A DNA stretch of 64,000 bases. Origin: Antedon mediterranea. Its lineage: Eukaryota; Animalia; Echinodermata. Made by a program: the position numbers and the translations under genes. The notes beneath the pieces were generated by a model. The model did no database searches and had not been told where the DNA came from. It saw only the letters and a program-made list of their open reading frames with translations. Every line of letters starts with the position of its first letter. Within the stretch, counting starts at the first letter, position 1. Shown here in pieces: positions 1-13,500 of the stretch. The stretch spans positions 37,954,304-38,018,303 of the forward strand of contig NC_092671.1 in NCBI RefSeq assembly GCF_964355755.1, given 5' to 3'.

Positions 1-291
1 TAAATGTGGTGTCTATTCACATTTTAAGTCAAAAACAAATCAACAAAATACTTAATAGCATTCCAAAATGCTGTAAATCAATTAAAAGTAAAATAATTAA
101 AAAGCTAAAAGTAATGTATGCCACATTTGAAATGGAAAAAAATAATGCATTTCACATAAAAAAAATTGCAAGGATACAGCTCAATTTATTTCAATGATTC
201 ATTTATACTTATCAGTCAGATTTTTCTATACTTTTAATTAATTTTAGATAAAAAAAGTTGCATATATTTGAGTTTGACATTATGTTTACAG

Positions 292-411
292 GGAGCCTCC
301 AGTCCTGACCCTAGCAATGTATACGTTGATGTTCGAGCTCTGCGAAATGATCGAGTTACATTGGTGGAAAAAGGCAGTCCACATGGGTTGTGTATGATGG
401 AATCCGGCAAG
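292..411 (+). CDS. DIP2: DIP2 (disco-interacting protein 2) internal exon
   Basis: AG/GT-bounded 120-nt exon encoding GASSPDPSNVYVDVRALRNDRVTLVEKGSPHGLCMMESGK, recognisable as the DIP2 second AMP-binding-like domain. Confidence 0.9.
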
Positions 412-619
412 GTAATGGAAAACTCATCTTTACCATAGTTAATTTAGGATACAGAAATGTATGGAAAATATATTACAGTATATAATAAATATTCTTTATT
501 ACTGAATTATAGATATAATGAGTTTGGCTCACTTTTTGCAGAGTTACTTTTATATCATATATGGAATTAAATGTATTTATTATCAAAGATCTTTTAAAAT
601 GACATTTTTTTTCTTCCAG

Positions 620-694
620 ATTCTTCCAGGTGTGAAGGTAGTAATTGCACATCCTGAAACAAAGGGACAATGTGCTGATTCTCATTTGGGAGAG
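620..694 (+). CDS. DIP2: DIP2 internal exon
   Basis: ttccag acceptor, gtaagt donor; ILPGVKVVIAHPETKGQCADSHLGE; phase 0 compatible with neighbours. Confidence 0.9.
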
Positions 695-841
695 GTAAGT
701 GGGGCCTAGCTTTTACCCTGTTCTCATTCTCCTTTATTTAGATTTTATAAAATTGTTTTAAAAATTTGTATTTACAGTGATTGGGTAACTTTTGTGGAAA
801 TGGTCTTTTCAAATAAAAAATAAAATGTTTTTTTTCTTCAG

Positions 842-1016
842 GTTTGGGTAAACAGTCCGCACAATGCAGCGGGTTATTATACCATATATGGCGATGATTC
901 CGCCTACGCAGACCATTTTAATTCTAGGCTCACCACCGGGGATACGAATACTGTTTATGCCAGAACTGGCTATCTTGGCTTTATTAAAAGGACTGACCTG
1001 ACACAAGCTGATGGAG
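842..1016 (+). CDS. DIP2: DIP2 internal exon
   Basis: AG/GT bounded; VWVNSPHNAAGYYTIYG...ARTGYLGFIKRTDLTQADG. Confidence 0.9.
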
Positions 1017-1352
1017 GTATTTAGACAGTTTTCAATCCTTTGTTTTCCCAATGATTATCAAATAGATAACTATGTTGTTTATCTGGATGGATAAGCAAGC
1101 CTGTGAGCTACAGCGATTTTAATTGCTTTTGCTTATCCTTGCCTCCTTAGATTTCCACCTGTCTTGTTTTTGTTACCTTGTTTTAAATGTATTTCGATTT
1201 TAAAGGCTAAATAAAGAATGAATGAATGAATGAATGAATCTTGTTCTTACTCTACTTTCTCAATCTCCTACAATTACCAAGTTAGTCTTTTTATTAGTGT
1301 AAAATCCTTGCTATACAATTATACAAGCAATGCATGGTCGTTTTCCTTTCAG

Positions 1353-1476
1353 ATCGGCATGATGCTTTATTTGTTGTTGGTTCCCTAGACGAAGCGCTAT
1401 CTATGCGTGGTATGCGGTATCACCCGATAGATATTGAAAATACAGTGTTACGATGTCACAGACATATTTGTGAGAG
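1353..1476 (+). CDS. DIP2: DIP2 internal exon
   Basis: AG/GT bounded, phase 1 in; RHDALFVVGSLDEALSMRGMRYHPIDIENTVLRCHRHICE. Confidence 0.9.
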
Positions 1477-1929
1477 GTCAGTATATTGTTTGTTTTATTG
1501 GGGTTTTTTTTGTGCACCTAAAAAAATGTTTGCATAAGTTAAAAAAAACTTAAATACAGTGGAAACCCCTCCAGTGAAAAGAACAAGGGAAAACTTGAAA
1601 CCAATTACCCCCCCCCCCCCCCCCCCCCCAATTAAGGGAACACATTGTGCGGTCCTGAAGGTGTCACCATCACGTGTCCGGCGCCGGAAAATCCAATTGA
1701 ACGTCAATGTTTCCTTGTCACGCGGCTATGCGCATATTGATTGGCGCATAGTCGCGTGGAGCATCGTGAAAACGAAACGTTGATATTCGATTTGCCGGAC
1801 CGGAACCATGCTAGACCAGGTTTGAAAGACTCTTTAATGTACTGATCAATCTTCTGTCATTCTGTTTATAACATAACAATAGTAAACTCGTCTTTATGCT
1901 AATAATTCTTTCTTTTGTTTTTCATTTAG

Positions 1930-2182
1930 TGCTGTGTTTACTTGGACAAACCTCCTAGTAGTTGTTGTGGAACTCGATGGTGATGAGAAGGAGGCTCTAG
2001 ACCTTGTTCCCCTCATCACAAATGCGGTACTAGAGGACCACTACCTCATCGTTGGTGTGGTCGTACTTGTAGATCCCGGTGTAGTACCCATTAATTCCCG
2101 TGGAGAGAAACAACGCATGCATTTACGAGATGGATTTTTAGCAGATCAGTTAGATCCAATCTACGTAGCCTACAATATGTAA
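1930..2182 (+). CDS. DIP2: DIP2 terminal coding exon
   Basis: AVFTWTNLLVVVVEL...PINSRGEKQRMHLRDGFLADQLDPIYVAYNM*, the highly conserved DIP2 C-terminus. Confidence 0.95.
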
Positions 2183-2249
2183 TTCTTGTTTGTGTTTAGA
2201 AAAAATCTTAAAAGCTGATATCTGTGAAGTTAAGTGAAAGTGAATTATA

Positions 2250-2708
2250 CATCTTGAATGGTTGACTCCTATATGATGGCCACCTGTATGCAAATGAAAT
2301 GTTGAAAAGTCTTGGAAAGTTGTCATCTATATGGTGGCCACCTGCATGCAAATGAAATGTTGAAACATCTTGAAAAGTTGTCTTCTGTATGATGGCCACC
2401 TGCATGAAAATGGAGTGTTGAAACATCTTGAAAAGTTGTCATCTATATGATGGCCACCTGTATACAAATGAATTGTTGAAACATCTTGAAAAGTTGTCAT
2501 CTATATGATGGCCACCTGCATGAAAATGAAGTATTGAAACATCTTGAAAAGTTGTCATCTATATGATGACCACCTGTATGCAAATGAAGTGTTGAAACAT
2601 CTTGAAAAAGTTGTCATCAATATGATGGCCACCTGCATGCAAATGAGGTGTTGAAACATCTTGAAAAAGCTGTCATCTATATGGTGGCCACCTGCATGCA
2701 AATGAAGT
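2250..2708. repeat. ~59-bp minisatellite (~8 units) just after the DIP2 stop
   Basis: Unit GAAACATCTTGAAAAGTTGTCATCTATATGATGGCCACCTGCATGCAAATGAAGTGTT repeated with few substitutions. Confidence 0.9.
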
Positions 2709-3707
2709 AACTGGTGGAATAATGTCAATTTAGGAACAGTCATCAGACTTTTATTTGTACAGAATACTCCAAATTAATTCATCTTAAACAAAAGATGATT
2801 TTTAATCTTCTGTTTTCTTGAATTTTACTATACACTGTATAAGGTGTTTGGTTTCAAACAATGGTGGACCAAGATTTTGGTGCCTAGGTGTGATGTGCGA
2901 TACATTTTTAATCGATGCACTTTTGCAATTTGTGCTTTTATCATCCTAAGTGATTGCCATTATGGGGATTTTGAGCTTTACATATCTAGTTGTTTCCTTA
3001 AGAATTGTAATAGAAATAAAAAACTGTTGATAATGTAATGAGTAATGACAATATATAATAATAATAATAATATATATAATATAAATGTATAAACAATTAA
3101 TAGTGGGCATAGTATAATAATTATGGGATTAGTTGAGATGTATGTTGCCATACTGGATAATTCAAATACATATTTAAAAACAATGCAAGAGAGTAATACA
3201 CTCCATAACAGGATTTTCTGTGTTGAATCCTGGGTAATTGGTATTACCATATTAGGAATAACAACTGAACATGCTCAGTGTGACATTTCTGTACATACTG
3301 TGGTGGCATCAAATATGTCTTAGTAAAGGGAACTGCTATGTATAATGGTAACATTCAATGCAAAAATGCTGGGATTTTATGTCTATATTAATTATACTGA
3401 TAATATATGTATGTTGTAGGTTTGTGTGCGTGGTTAGTATATGGCATTATGAATGGGTTATGTGCTAGTGTTGATGACATTGTAAAAATTATCTGTAAAA
3501 ATGAGAAATGTTACAAATTTTGAGAAAACTAATTGAAATTTTAATAATTATGTGTCGAAATACACATGTCTTTATAAATAGTAAACTTGATGATAGTATG
3601 GTAATATTAGGTGTCTGGCTTCTGATCTGTCTTGCAATTTAATGACTCACAGCATTGTATTTGTGCATTGACTGCATTGCACATACACCTTTAATAATGT
3701 ATGGATT

Positions 3708-4060
3708 CATGTAACATACATGTTTGTAATCATGTCATGTAACATACATGTTTGTAATCATGTCATGTAACATACATGTTTAATATGTAATCATGTCATG
3801 TAACATACATGTTTGTAATCATGTCATGTAACATACATGTTTGTAATCATGTCATGTAACATACATGTTTGTAATCATGTCATGTAACATACATGTTTAA
3901 TATGTAATCATGTCATGTAACATACATGTTTGTAATCATGTCATGTAACATACATGTATGTAATCATGTCATGTAACATACATGTATGTTACATGACATG
4001 ATTACATACATGTATGTTACATGTCATGTAACATACATGTATGTAATCATGTCATGTAAC
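3708..4060. repeat. 28-bp minisatellite with an internally inverted block
   Basis: Unit CATGTAACATACATGTTTGTAATCATGT; ~3981-4023 is the reverse complement of the unit. Confidence 0.9.
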
Positions 4061-5539
4061 ACATAAAATATGTAGTAACAGAAAACAACAAATAGGGCTT
4101 CTTGGAAGAAACTATTGAACACAATCATTATTATGGAATTTATTAGGCTTAACAATTTATTTATTCTTTGTTTTGTTAATTTGATCCTAAAACCTTGATG
4201 GTTCATTACCGCATCATATGTAAATTAAAATTACCATTTTCCTTATGATTGAGTGTTTTACAGACATCTTAGAGCAGACTAGATAACAAGGTTGACCATA
4301 TTAAGCGAGAGTAAAGGCTGATTCTGTCCCGGTCCTAAGCCATTCAGGTTTATAGATATGTAGCCTATATCTGCTTATTTATCTTTAGAAATATGTACAC
4401 CTATTTTCCTGTTGATTTAGATATCCACTAGCATTTTGATGCAATTTTTGTAAATTTTGTATAATTTTTAACTTGTAAAACAAATTAATAGTTATTGTAT
4501 GGTTACTTATATTATTTTTTTATACAGCTAAATTGACGATAGCTTTTTATGTATTGTAATAATTATGAATACATTGATATTAAGTATACAATAATTTTGT
4601 AATACCTGTGTATATGAGATGCAATTTCAATTTGACTGTTAAACTAGCAGTTTTTCCACTATTTTTTTTAATCGTGCCTGTGTTTATGTTTTACTCATTA
4701 TGTAACAGAATTGAGCAAGGGGATGATTTTTATCAACAATTTCTTTTTTGCCAAGAAATATAATAATTATTATTTTTAGTCTTTAAATTCTAATTTAAAT
4801 TTTATATATAGATATGTATTAATTTGTTTGTGTTGTCTTTTATCAATATGTTTAGTATTATATATTGATGAAGATCATCGCATATGCTGCTCTTTTTCAA
4901 CCAGTATTATAGATTCACAATTTATTTTGGTTGATTTATGATGGATTTATCAAACACTATGTTGTAAAAAATACACACAACTTCTGCATAATTTTATATA
5001 ATGTAAGTCAATAATTAAAATGCTAATTTATTTCTGAAATCATTAACAGTTATTAAAAATCATGTTTTGTTTATTTTTATTATTTTCGATGCACATTATT
5101 TGTATTAATAATTAGTTTTTGTAGTATATGTAAATTGATAAAAAGAAAACAGATTTTAAAATGAGCAAAAGTTATATAGGCAGTTTCATGGGAAATGTTT
5201 TTTTGTAAAAATGTATAAGCATTTAATTGTATTATTTTGTCAATTTTACAGATGTACCCATTTTAATTTATTGAGTATCATATGTGGTCCTATTACAGGC
5301 TTGAACACAATACCATGCGTAAAATGTTTGTTTGCAGTCATTGCTGCAATCGTTTCTTCCACAATAGTTAAGCGTGGTTCCCACTTAACTAGAACGCAAC
5401 GCAGCGACGTATCCACAATAGTTACTAGAGTTTGTAAACATTGGAAAGCTGCAAAATATGAGGATTTATGTGAACAAATTTAGTACTAACGTGTGCTCTG
5501 AAAGCTGATGTCATCCAGAGATATACAGCTAAATAAATA

Positions 5540-6455
5540 TGCTTTTGCATCCTACACAAATAAACCATGTATAAACTTTTTTGTTTATTTCCTGTCTATA
5601 GTAATAACCAAAATATCGACTTAAAAAAATTTCCTTATTATGTACTGTACTATGTACAGGGATATTTTTTTTTTTTTCAAAAATGGCCAAAAAATTAAGT
5701 ACAGGGTTGTTTTTCAAAAATAGTCAAAATATCGACTTTTTAAAATTCACTTATTATGCAATAATATTGCCATATATGCACATATATTGCGTTATCATGG
5801 TCATATAGAGTCATAGTAACAAGTTATGTGAAAAATAAAAGGGTTGAAATTATGTCATTTTTCGAAAATTTCCCTGTACTATAGTACAGGGTTGTTTTTC
5901 AAAAATAGTTAAAATATCGACTTTTTAAAATTCAATTATTATGCAATAATATTGGCATATATGCACATATATCGCATTATCATCATCTTATAGAGTCATA
6001 GTAACAAGTTATGTGAAAAATAAAAGGGTTAAATTAGGTCATTTTTCGAAAAATTTCGTGTACTATAGTACCCCGTCATGAAAGAACGACTCAACTGCAT
6101 AAAGCAAAGTTCTTGTTTTAGCTCTTCACGTGTGTAGATATTATTTTGATTAGCATAATAAACATGCGCATGTACAGGGAAATTTTCGACCTTTTTATTT
6201 TTTGACATAAATGGTTACTACAGCATAATAAACATGCACAGAGTCGAATAATGGGTTCTGCGCATGTCAATTGTGCTATAGTAACCAGTTTTGACATAAA
6301 TGGTTACTATAGCATAATAAACATGCGCAGAGACGAATAATGGGTTCTGCGCATGTCAATTGTGCTATAGTAACCAGTTTTGACATAAATGGTTACTATA
6401 GCATAATAACCATGCGCAGAGTCGACTATTGGGTTCTGCGCATGTCAATTGTGCT
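5540..6455. repeat. Composite repeat (left half): ~200-bp direct repeats plus ~88-bp hairpin-rich tandem units
   Basis: Repeated TGTACTATAGTACA palindromes; units containing TATAGTAACCA...TGGTTACTATA and CATGCGCAGA...TCTGCGCATG; resumes at 18243. Confidence 0.7.
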
Positions 6456-8932
6456 ATTTATTTATTTATTTATTAACAATATTTAACCAGGGTGGCCCAA
6501 TCAGTCAAAAAGACTGGTCTCCCTTGAGGCCCTGAGTACAATAGTACATTTTAAACTAAAATATAAAAATAACAGTAACACAATAAAATTGTTTTATTTA
6601 ATATTAATCTTGCTCCACGTTTTTGAAGTTTAGTAAGTTGGTCAAGATCATTATCAAAACGTTTAGACCATACAGTACTGCAGTATTCAAAATGCGGTTG
6701 AACAAGAGAAAGATAAAGTTGATTTAAAGTTGACTGATTAATAAAAGGTTTACACATTTAAAGATGGAAAGAGTTGCAAATACCTTCTTGGATACAGATT
6801 TCACATGGTCGTGCCAAGTTAACTGGTCATCAATAACTACACCAAGACATTTAAATGTATTAACTCTATCTAATTCATAATTATTTACATTAATCTTGAA
6901 ATCATGGTCTGATAATCGGCGATTTGTACCCAGAAGCATAATTTTAGTTTTCTCAATATTTATACTTAATTTATTCTTTTTTATCCAAAGGCAGATGTTT
7001 TGCATATCTTCAGACATGGAATTTTCAATATTGCAAACATGTTTGTCAGCAATAGATAATGTGGTATCATCAGCAAACAATGATATACTGCCATGAGAAA
7101 TTACTTGTGAAAGATCATTTATAAAAATAAGAAAAAATAGAGGTCCTAAAATTGAACCTTGGGGTACACCTACCAATAAATTCATTGGTTCAGATATCTT
7201 GCCATTAAAAAATACAATTTGTTGTCTATTAGACAAATATGATTTAAACCATTGAAGAGCATGTGATGAACAACCTATTTAAAGCTTTTCTAATAAAATG
7301 GTATGATTGACGGTGTCAAATGCCTTTCTCAGGTCTATAAAGGCAATACCTGTAAGTTTACCCTCATCAATATTTTTTAACCAATTGTCAGTCATTTGAA
7401 TCAATGATGTTTCTGTTGAATGAAATTTTCTGAAACCAGATTGATTATTATCTAAAATATTAAAATGATTAAAAAAATCATAAAGATGCTTATGTACAGC
7501 TTTTTCAATGCATTTACTAACACATGATAGTACAGAAAGTGATCTATAATTATTTACATCTTGAGTATCACCCTTTTGTGAAGAGGTGTAACCTTTGCAT
7601 ATTTCCAATCATCAGGAAATACACCAGAACATAATGATAAATTGATGATATATGTCAATGAACGAACAATAATTGAGTTTGCAATTTTCAACATTTTAGG
7701 ACTGATTTCATCAAAACCAAATGCTTTGTTGGTAGACATTTTTGCTATTTCATTAAATATAAAATCATGTGGTAAGTCAAATATAGTTGGAGGGATGATA
7801 ACTGGCTGATTACTTTCTATATTTATATTGTCATTAAAAAGTTGATTTGTTTGAACCTATTGTTACAAAATGTTTGTTGAAAGCATTTGCAATATCACAA
7901 TCATATGTTACATCTTTATTATTAACACTAATATGGGTAGGATTATTTTTCTTTTTAGTAGGTAGAACTTCTTTTAAATTTTGCCAAAGTTTACGATTAT
8001 TATTTTTATTTTGTTCAATTTTATCAACATAATATTTTCTTTTAGCCTTTTGAAGTTTAGATGTAACTTCATTCCTAACTTCTTTATACTTGTTCCAGTT
8101 AACATCTGATTTTGATTTTCTTGCAACTTTGTGTAGTTTATCCCTCTTATTCATAGTATTAAGAATTTTGGCATTTATCCATTTACATTTATCAGAACGA
8201 ATACGTTTTAATTTTTTAGGTGCGTGACTATTTACAACATTCATAAACATAGATTTCTACATGGACCATGCATCATTTACAGACATATCAGAATCACTAA
8301 TTATTGACCAGGGTACTTGTGTAAGATCTTGAAGAAATGCATTTTCATCACAAGTCTTAAAACTACGATATTCAACTGTTTTGTGGTCACTACTCTTGAC
8401 TTTGGTTCCATGAATTACATAGTTATGTAGTGGTCACTTATACTAGTTCGGGTCTAGATGATAGGATAACATCAATTATTGTTTCACTTGTGCTAGTTAC
8501 TCTAGTTGGTTTATCAATTACCTGGGTTAACTGATTTAGATTACAAATAAAATCAAACATTTCTGTTTCTCTTTTTTTCATTTGATTAAAGTCACAATTC
8601 AAGTCTACTAATAATAATATCTCTTTATCTTCAGCAGAAGCTTTCTCAAGAGAAGAACTTAAGTAATCAAACAACAGTGGATTGTAATCTGGAGGCCTAT
8701 AAACCGAAGATATTAGTATAGGTGTTGAATGTGGAAACTTAATTTCAATCCATATACATTCAAGTGCTCCTATTTTAAGATCCTTTCTGTGACAATAATT
8801 TAAATTATTATTAATGTATATTGCTACACCACCTCCATGTCTTGTTTGGTCACATCTTAATAAATTGAAACTTTCAATAGCAATTTCACCATCAGTTATA
8901 GTTTCATCACAAAAAGTTTCATTTATACATAA
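6456..8932 (-). pseudogene. L2/CR1-group non-LTR retrotransposon, 3' part (APE endonuclease and RT, frameshifted)
   Basis: Minus-strand ORF pieces with GVPQGSILGP, FADD, DLRKAFDTV, YRPP, GGGVAIY; multiple frameshifts; (TAAA)n tail at 6456-6475. Confidence 0.9.
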
Positions 8933-10378
8933 TGTCGTAGACTGAATTCATTCAAACTAACTAGAACAGTGTAATAATATAGTTCATCAAATTAAGTGTT
9001 ATTTGACGATGTTCAATTTTAGAGCTTGGTTGTTAAATTACGATTTATACATTTAATACAATTTTGTTATACTTTACATTACAAACTTTGAATGCAATAG
9101 TGAGAATTAAGAAAACGATTATAGGAGTAATAATTTTTGATGATGGTTCGGTGTAATGAGGCTGTTACCGCGACTGCGAGAGGACATGTTTTTGGAGCGC
9201 CGATAACTGAGATTGAGGTTAATAACATCCGTTATTTATCTTTATGCATCTGATTGATTAAACCTGTTAAATTTCAAATTTTAGATTGATATTATTTTGT
9301 TCTAAGGTACGTTGGTTACAGTAGATGATAAAAGTAGTTTGCACGATATATTAAGTAACTTTAGGCTAGGCTCGAATGAATGTTATTCGCAGCCGAGTTA
9401 TGTTGGAAATGTTCGCTTTGTGCCAACAGAATCAGCTAGTGTACCTCGCTGTCAAATCAGTCATAGAGTGGTACAAATTGAGTTAATAATTACATTGGAG
9501 ATATTGTTTCTCAGGCTAGTTGTGTGTCAGTGATTGACCTATAAGTAATTATATTATTGAGGGAAGAGTCTAATTATTGGATTATGAGTATTTATTATGT
9601 TGCGAGGATTATGTTCACGGAACATGAGTTTTATCGATAAAATGGTGGATTTGTAAACTAGTTTTTGACCGATGAGGGCGTCATGCTGTAGTTGATTAAG
9701 ATTTATTTTATGATTGGTGGCGCTATAGTTGTAAACAAAGATTCAAGATGGCTGCGCCCATGTGGATCTAGCGTCAGATTTTAAATGAATATTTTAGAGT
9801 TTTGAGCTAGTTATAAGTAGTATAGAAGAGTAATAGATAATTAGGTTGGTTGTTTATACTATTGTGGCTTATATTGATTATTGTTTTTAGTGTTTTGCAC
9901 AAGTGAGATTTGACCACAAAATTGGAGGATTACCGTCATTTTCTTGAGTTGAGGATTTAAGATAGTTTATCTCTAGTTGGGTAAGTCGGAATGGCCAAGT
10001 GCTAGATTGTTGATATCATGTATTTTTATGGGTACTATGCTACTGATTTAGGCCTAGTTAATGATTTTATCAGAAATATTCTTAATGCGATATAAAGAAA
10101 TGTTAAGAACTTGTTGTTTGTTTTGAGATATTTATATAGTTGAGATAGATAATGTATTGTCAACTTTTATACTTTTTGTTAAAGAATTTCTCTAATTGTT
10201 TTTTAGGGGTTTTGTTTTTTTGTATTTTCGTTTCATTGCTGTTGTGTTCTTCACCTTGAGTACGGATATTCACAAATAAAGAATACCAAATTGCAACCAA
10301 TCTTTTTATTGTATCGTCGTTACTTCTGGTGTGTGCGTCCTGACAAGACATAAATAGAATAGAACCCGAACGACGACA
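8933..10378 (+). repeat. 5' LTR (1446 bp)
   Basis: Direct repeat of 15753-17197; TG...CA termini; AATAAA near 10275. Confidence 0.95.
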
Positions 10379-10380
10379 AA

Positions 10381-10398
10381 TGGTGTCAGAAGTGGGAT
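10381..10398 (+). promoter_or_regulatory. Primer binding site complementary to the tRNA-Leu(CAA-type) 3' end
   Basis: TGGTGTCAGAAGTGGGAT, 2 nt after the LTR; complement of ...ATCCCACTTCTGACA-CCA as recalled for metazoan tRNA-Leu. Confidence 0.85.
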
Positions 10399-10574
10399 GA
10401 TTGCAACTCAAGATTGAAGATCAAGTGGAAAACCCTCAACTTAGTGATTAAGGAGTTAACGGTATTATTTTAGATAGTTTTGTGAAATGCATAAATTGAT
10501 GTACTAATCAGGATTTGTTGAGATTTGTATTGCATTTATTATTTATATATTTCTGTAACCCAAATTATATTGAG

Positions 10575-13500
10575 ATGGCAAATGCTGAAGGTGGTGATGC
10601 AGCTCCTGCTGGTATTGCAGAAATGGTGGCTGCCTTGACTGGTGCGTTCCAGAACCTTTCTTCCGCTAGAACGATGCCAGCAATAAAATTAAGTAAGTTC
10701 AAAGGGCAACCATTGAATCCTGGTGACCTGTCCTTGCATGAATGGATAATTGAATTTGAGGAGTATTCAACATTCTATAAATTAACGGGACGTGATAAGG
10801 CCCAAGCTCTGTTAACACACCTGACTGGAGCAGCTAAGGAAGAGATCCTTTGTCGGGAGGCGGGTGTAAAAGAAGATAGTGCCGAGATTATTAAGATTCT
10901 AAAACTGAGGTTTGGACCAGGTGAGCGTGTACAGTCTTTGAGTACAAAGCTGCATGAGAGAGAACAATTGGAGGGAGAAACACTCGCAGATTTTAGTAGT
11001 ACCCTAATCAGACTGTATGATCGGATGGAAGCAGCTGCTAGTGGAGAAGAGAAAGAGGCGCTGACAAAGCTAAAAGATAGCACTTTAAAAGAAAGATTGG
11101 TGACAGGAGTTCGGGATAAGAGTATTCAGAGGGAGTTGAGGAGGATTATAATTGCGAGTAAAGACAAATCGTTTTTAGTTATGAGAGAAGAAGTGATGGA
11201 ACTATTCCAAGACCAAAGTGTTCAGTCTGTAAACGCAAGAGTAAGAGAGGTTTCGGAAGTTCAACCAGTATCTGTGGCTAGAGTGCAAGGAGAAGACCAC
11301 ATTTTAAAGTTACAAGGGGAACTCAATCAGTTGAAGGAAATGGTCCAAGATATGGTGGGAGTAGTGAAGACTTTAAAAGGTGGTAGAAGTGAAAGGAGAG
11401 AAGAGACTTGTTACAACTGTGGGAGGAAAGGGCATGTGAAAAGAGATTGTAGATGTCCAACGAAGTGTCACAAATGTGGGAACCCTGGCCATATGCAGAA
11501 GGATTGCCCACAGAGAAACCAAGTAGACAGTATAGAACTTCCTGCACCACAACCATCAGAAGCGGCAACAACGGCATCTACGGTAGTGACACCTGGTGTT
11601 GGGATAATATCGCATTCTTCACCGTTGGCAGATAATGATGTTTTAAGAAGCTTACTGATAGCAGACAGTCCGACGGCAAAGTTAATTATTGGTGGGAGAG
11701 AATTAGGGTGTATCTTGGATACTGGAGCTGAGACCAGTCTTATTCCTCTGAGTTGTTACCAAGAAGTACTTCGGCCTACCCTTGGAGTCCTAGGAGGCGA
11801 TGTTGCTATCAAAGTAGTTGGAGTAACTGGGATGACTATTCCGATTGTTGGGTACTTGAAGACGACTATTTCACTGTTTGACACAACTGCTGATGTAGGG
11901 TTTTTGGTTGTGGAAGACCATGTTATGAGTAAACGCAGAGTTGATTTCCCGATTATTCTTGGTTGTAATGCATTAAGAGCTGTCTTATGTCAGGGTAATA
12001 AAAACAAGAACGAAGCCTGGGACCTGGTAAGTGACGTCTTAGAATCGGAAGAGAAGGAGTCTAATGTGAGGACAAATAATCAAGAAGTTTTCCCTCCTCT
12101 GACAGTGCGACAAGTGGAATGTGTGATATCGAAACACTCTGAAGTTGGAAGCATCTTGGTGGAGTCGAGCATGAAAGGACCAGTAAGGGTATTAGATGGT
12201 TTTTCTCATCAGGAAAGATCTGTTTGTCAATTAGCAGTAGCAAACGAAAGTGATCAAGAAGTAGTTGTTGATGCTGGGACCATTTTAGGAACAGCGGTGG
12301 ATGTCAAACTTGCGGACGAAATAGTTGTTGAACAAATCAATGGTTGTTTGGGAGTGATGATAGCTGAAGTTGCTGTTGAAGAAGGAGTAACTATGAAGGG
12401 GTATGATGTTGGATCGCAGGTTCAACCTATGAAAGAGCTGAGTGATGTGAATCGAGATTATGTGTGTAAAGACGGTTCCTGTTTGTTGCTACCCAGTGGT
12501 GTAACTGTTGAGAGAACTACCGGTGGTGCTGAGGCAGATATGGTCGCACGCTTACTACACGAGAATCAAAAAGTATTTTCAGAAAGTGATATGGATCTTG
12601 GCATTTGTAATGTTATTCCTCACCAAATCAACTTAAAGGACGGTACGCCTATCAGACTGCCATACCGTCGGATACCACCTACTCAAGTTCCCGAAATAAG
12701 GAAGTTGTTACAAGAAATGTTGGAAAAAGGTATTATTAGGAAGTCCAGAAGCCCTTATGCTAGTGCAGTGGTGCCTGTTAGAAAAAAAGATGGATCTCTT
12801 CGATTGTGCATCGATTATCGACGACTGAATTTGCAGACGATTAGGGATTCGTTCCCTCTCCCACGAATTGAGGAAAGCCTAGAAGCAATGAGTGGTGCCA
12901 AGTTTTTCAGTTCTCTTGACCTTGCACATGGATATTTTCAGGTGACTATGCACCCAGATAGTGTGGAGAAGACGGCTTTCCGTGTACCATGGGGTCTCTT
13001 TGAGTTTACAAGGATGCCACAAGGTTTGATAAACAGCCCGAGTACCTTCCAACGAGTTATGGAGTTAGTTTTTGCTGATCTAAATTTGTCTCATCTTATC
13101 ATTTACTTGGATGATATCTTGGTTTTCTCTAAGACTATAGAAGAGCATGTTGAAAGGTTAAGGATTGTTTTCAAGCGATTAGAAGAGTTTGGACTAAAGT
13201 TAAAGGGGCGAAAATGTCAGTTCTTACGTCGTGAGGTGAGTCATCTTGGTCATGTGGTCAGTGCAGCAGGTATAGCTATGGATCCAGAGAAGGTGTCTCG
13301 AATCAAGGATTGGCCAGTTCCAACCAGCACAGAAGAGTTACGATCCTTTCTAGGGTTAGCATCATACTACCGAAGATTTGTGGTAGGGTTTGCACACATA
13401 GCTGGTCCATTACATGCCTTAGCTGGAAACAAGACAGGGAAGTCTAAGAAATTAAAAAGATATGTTCGAAACACACAATCAGGGGTAGGAGATTTTAAAT

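Noticed and set aside
1555-1835. Possible MITE in the last DIP2 intron (TACAGTGGAAACCC start)
   Set aside because: I could not find a matching right TIR or TSD
9312-10411. Short ORFs duplicated at 16131 and 16979
   Set aside because: They are identical only because they lie in the two LTRs; no recognisable protein
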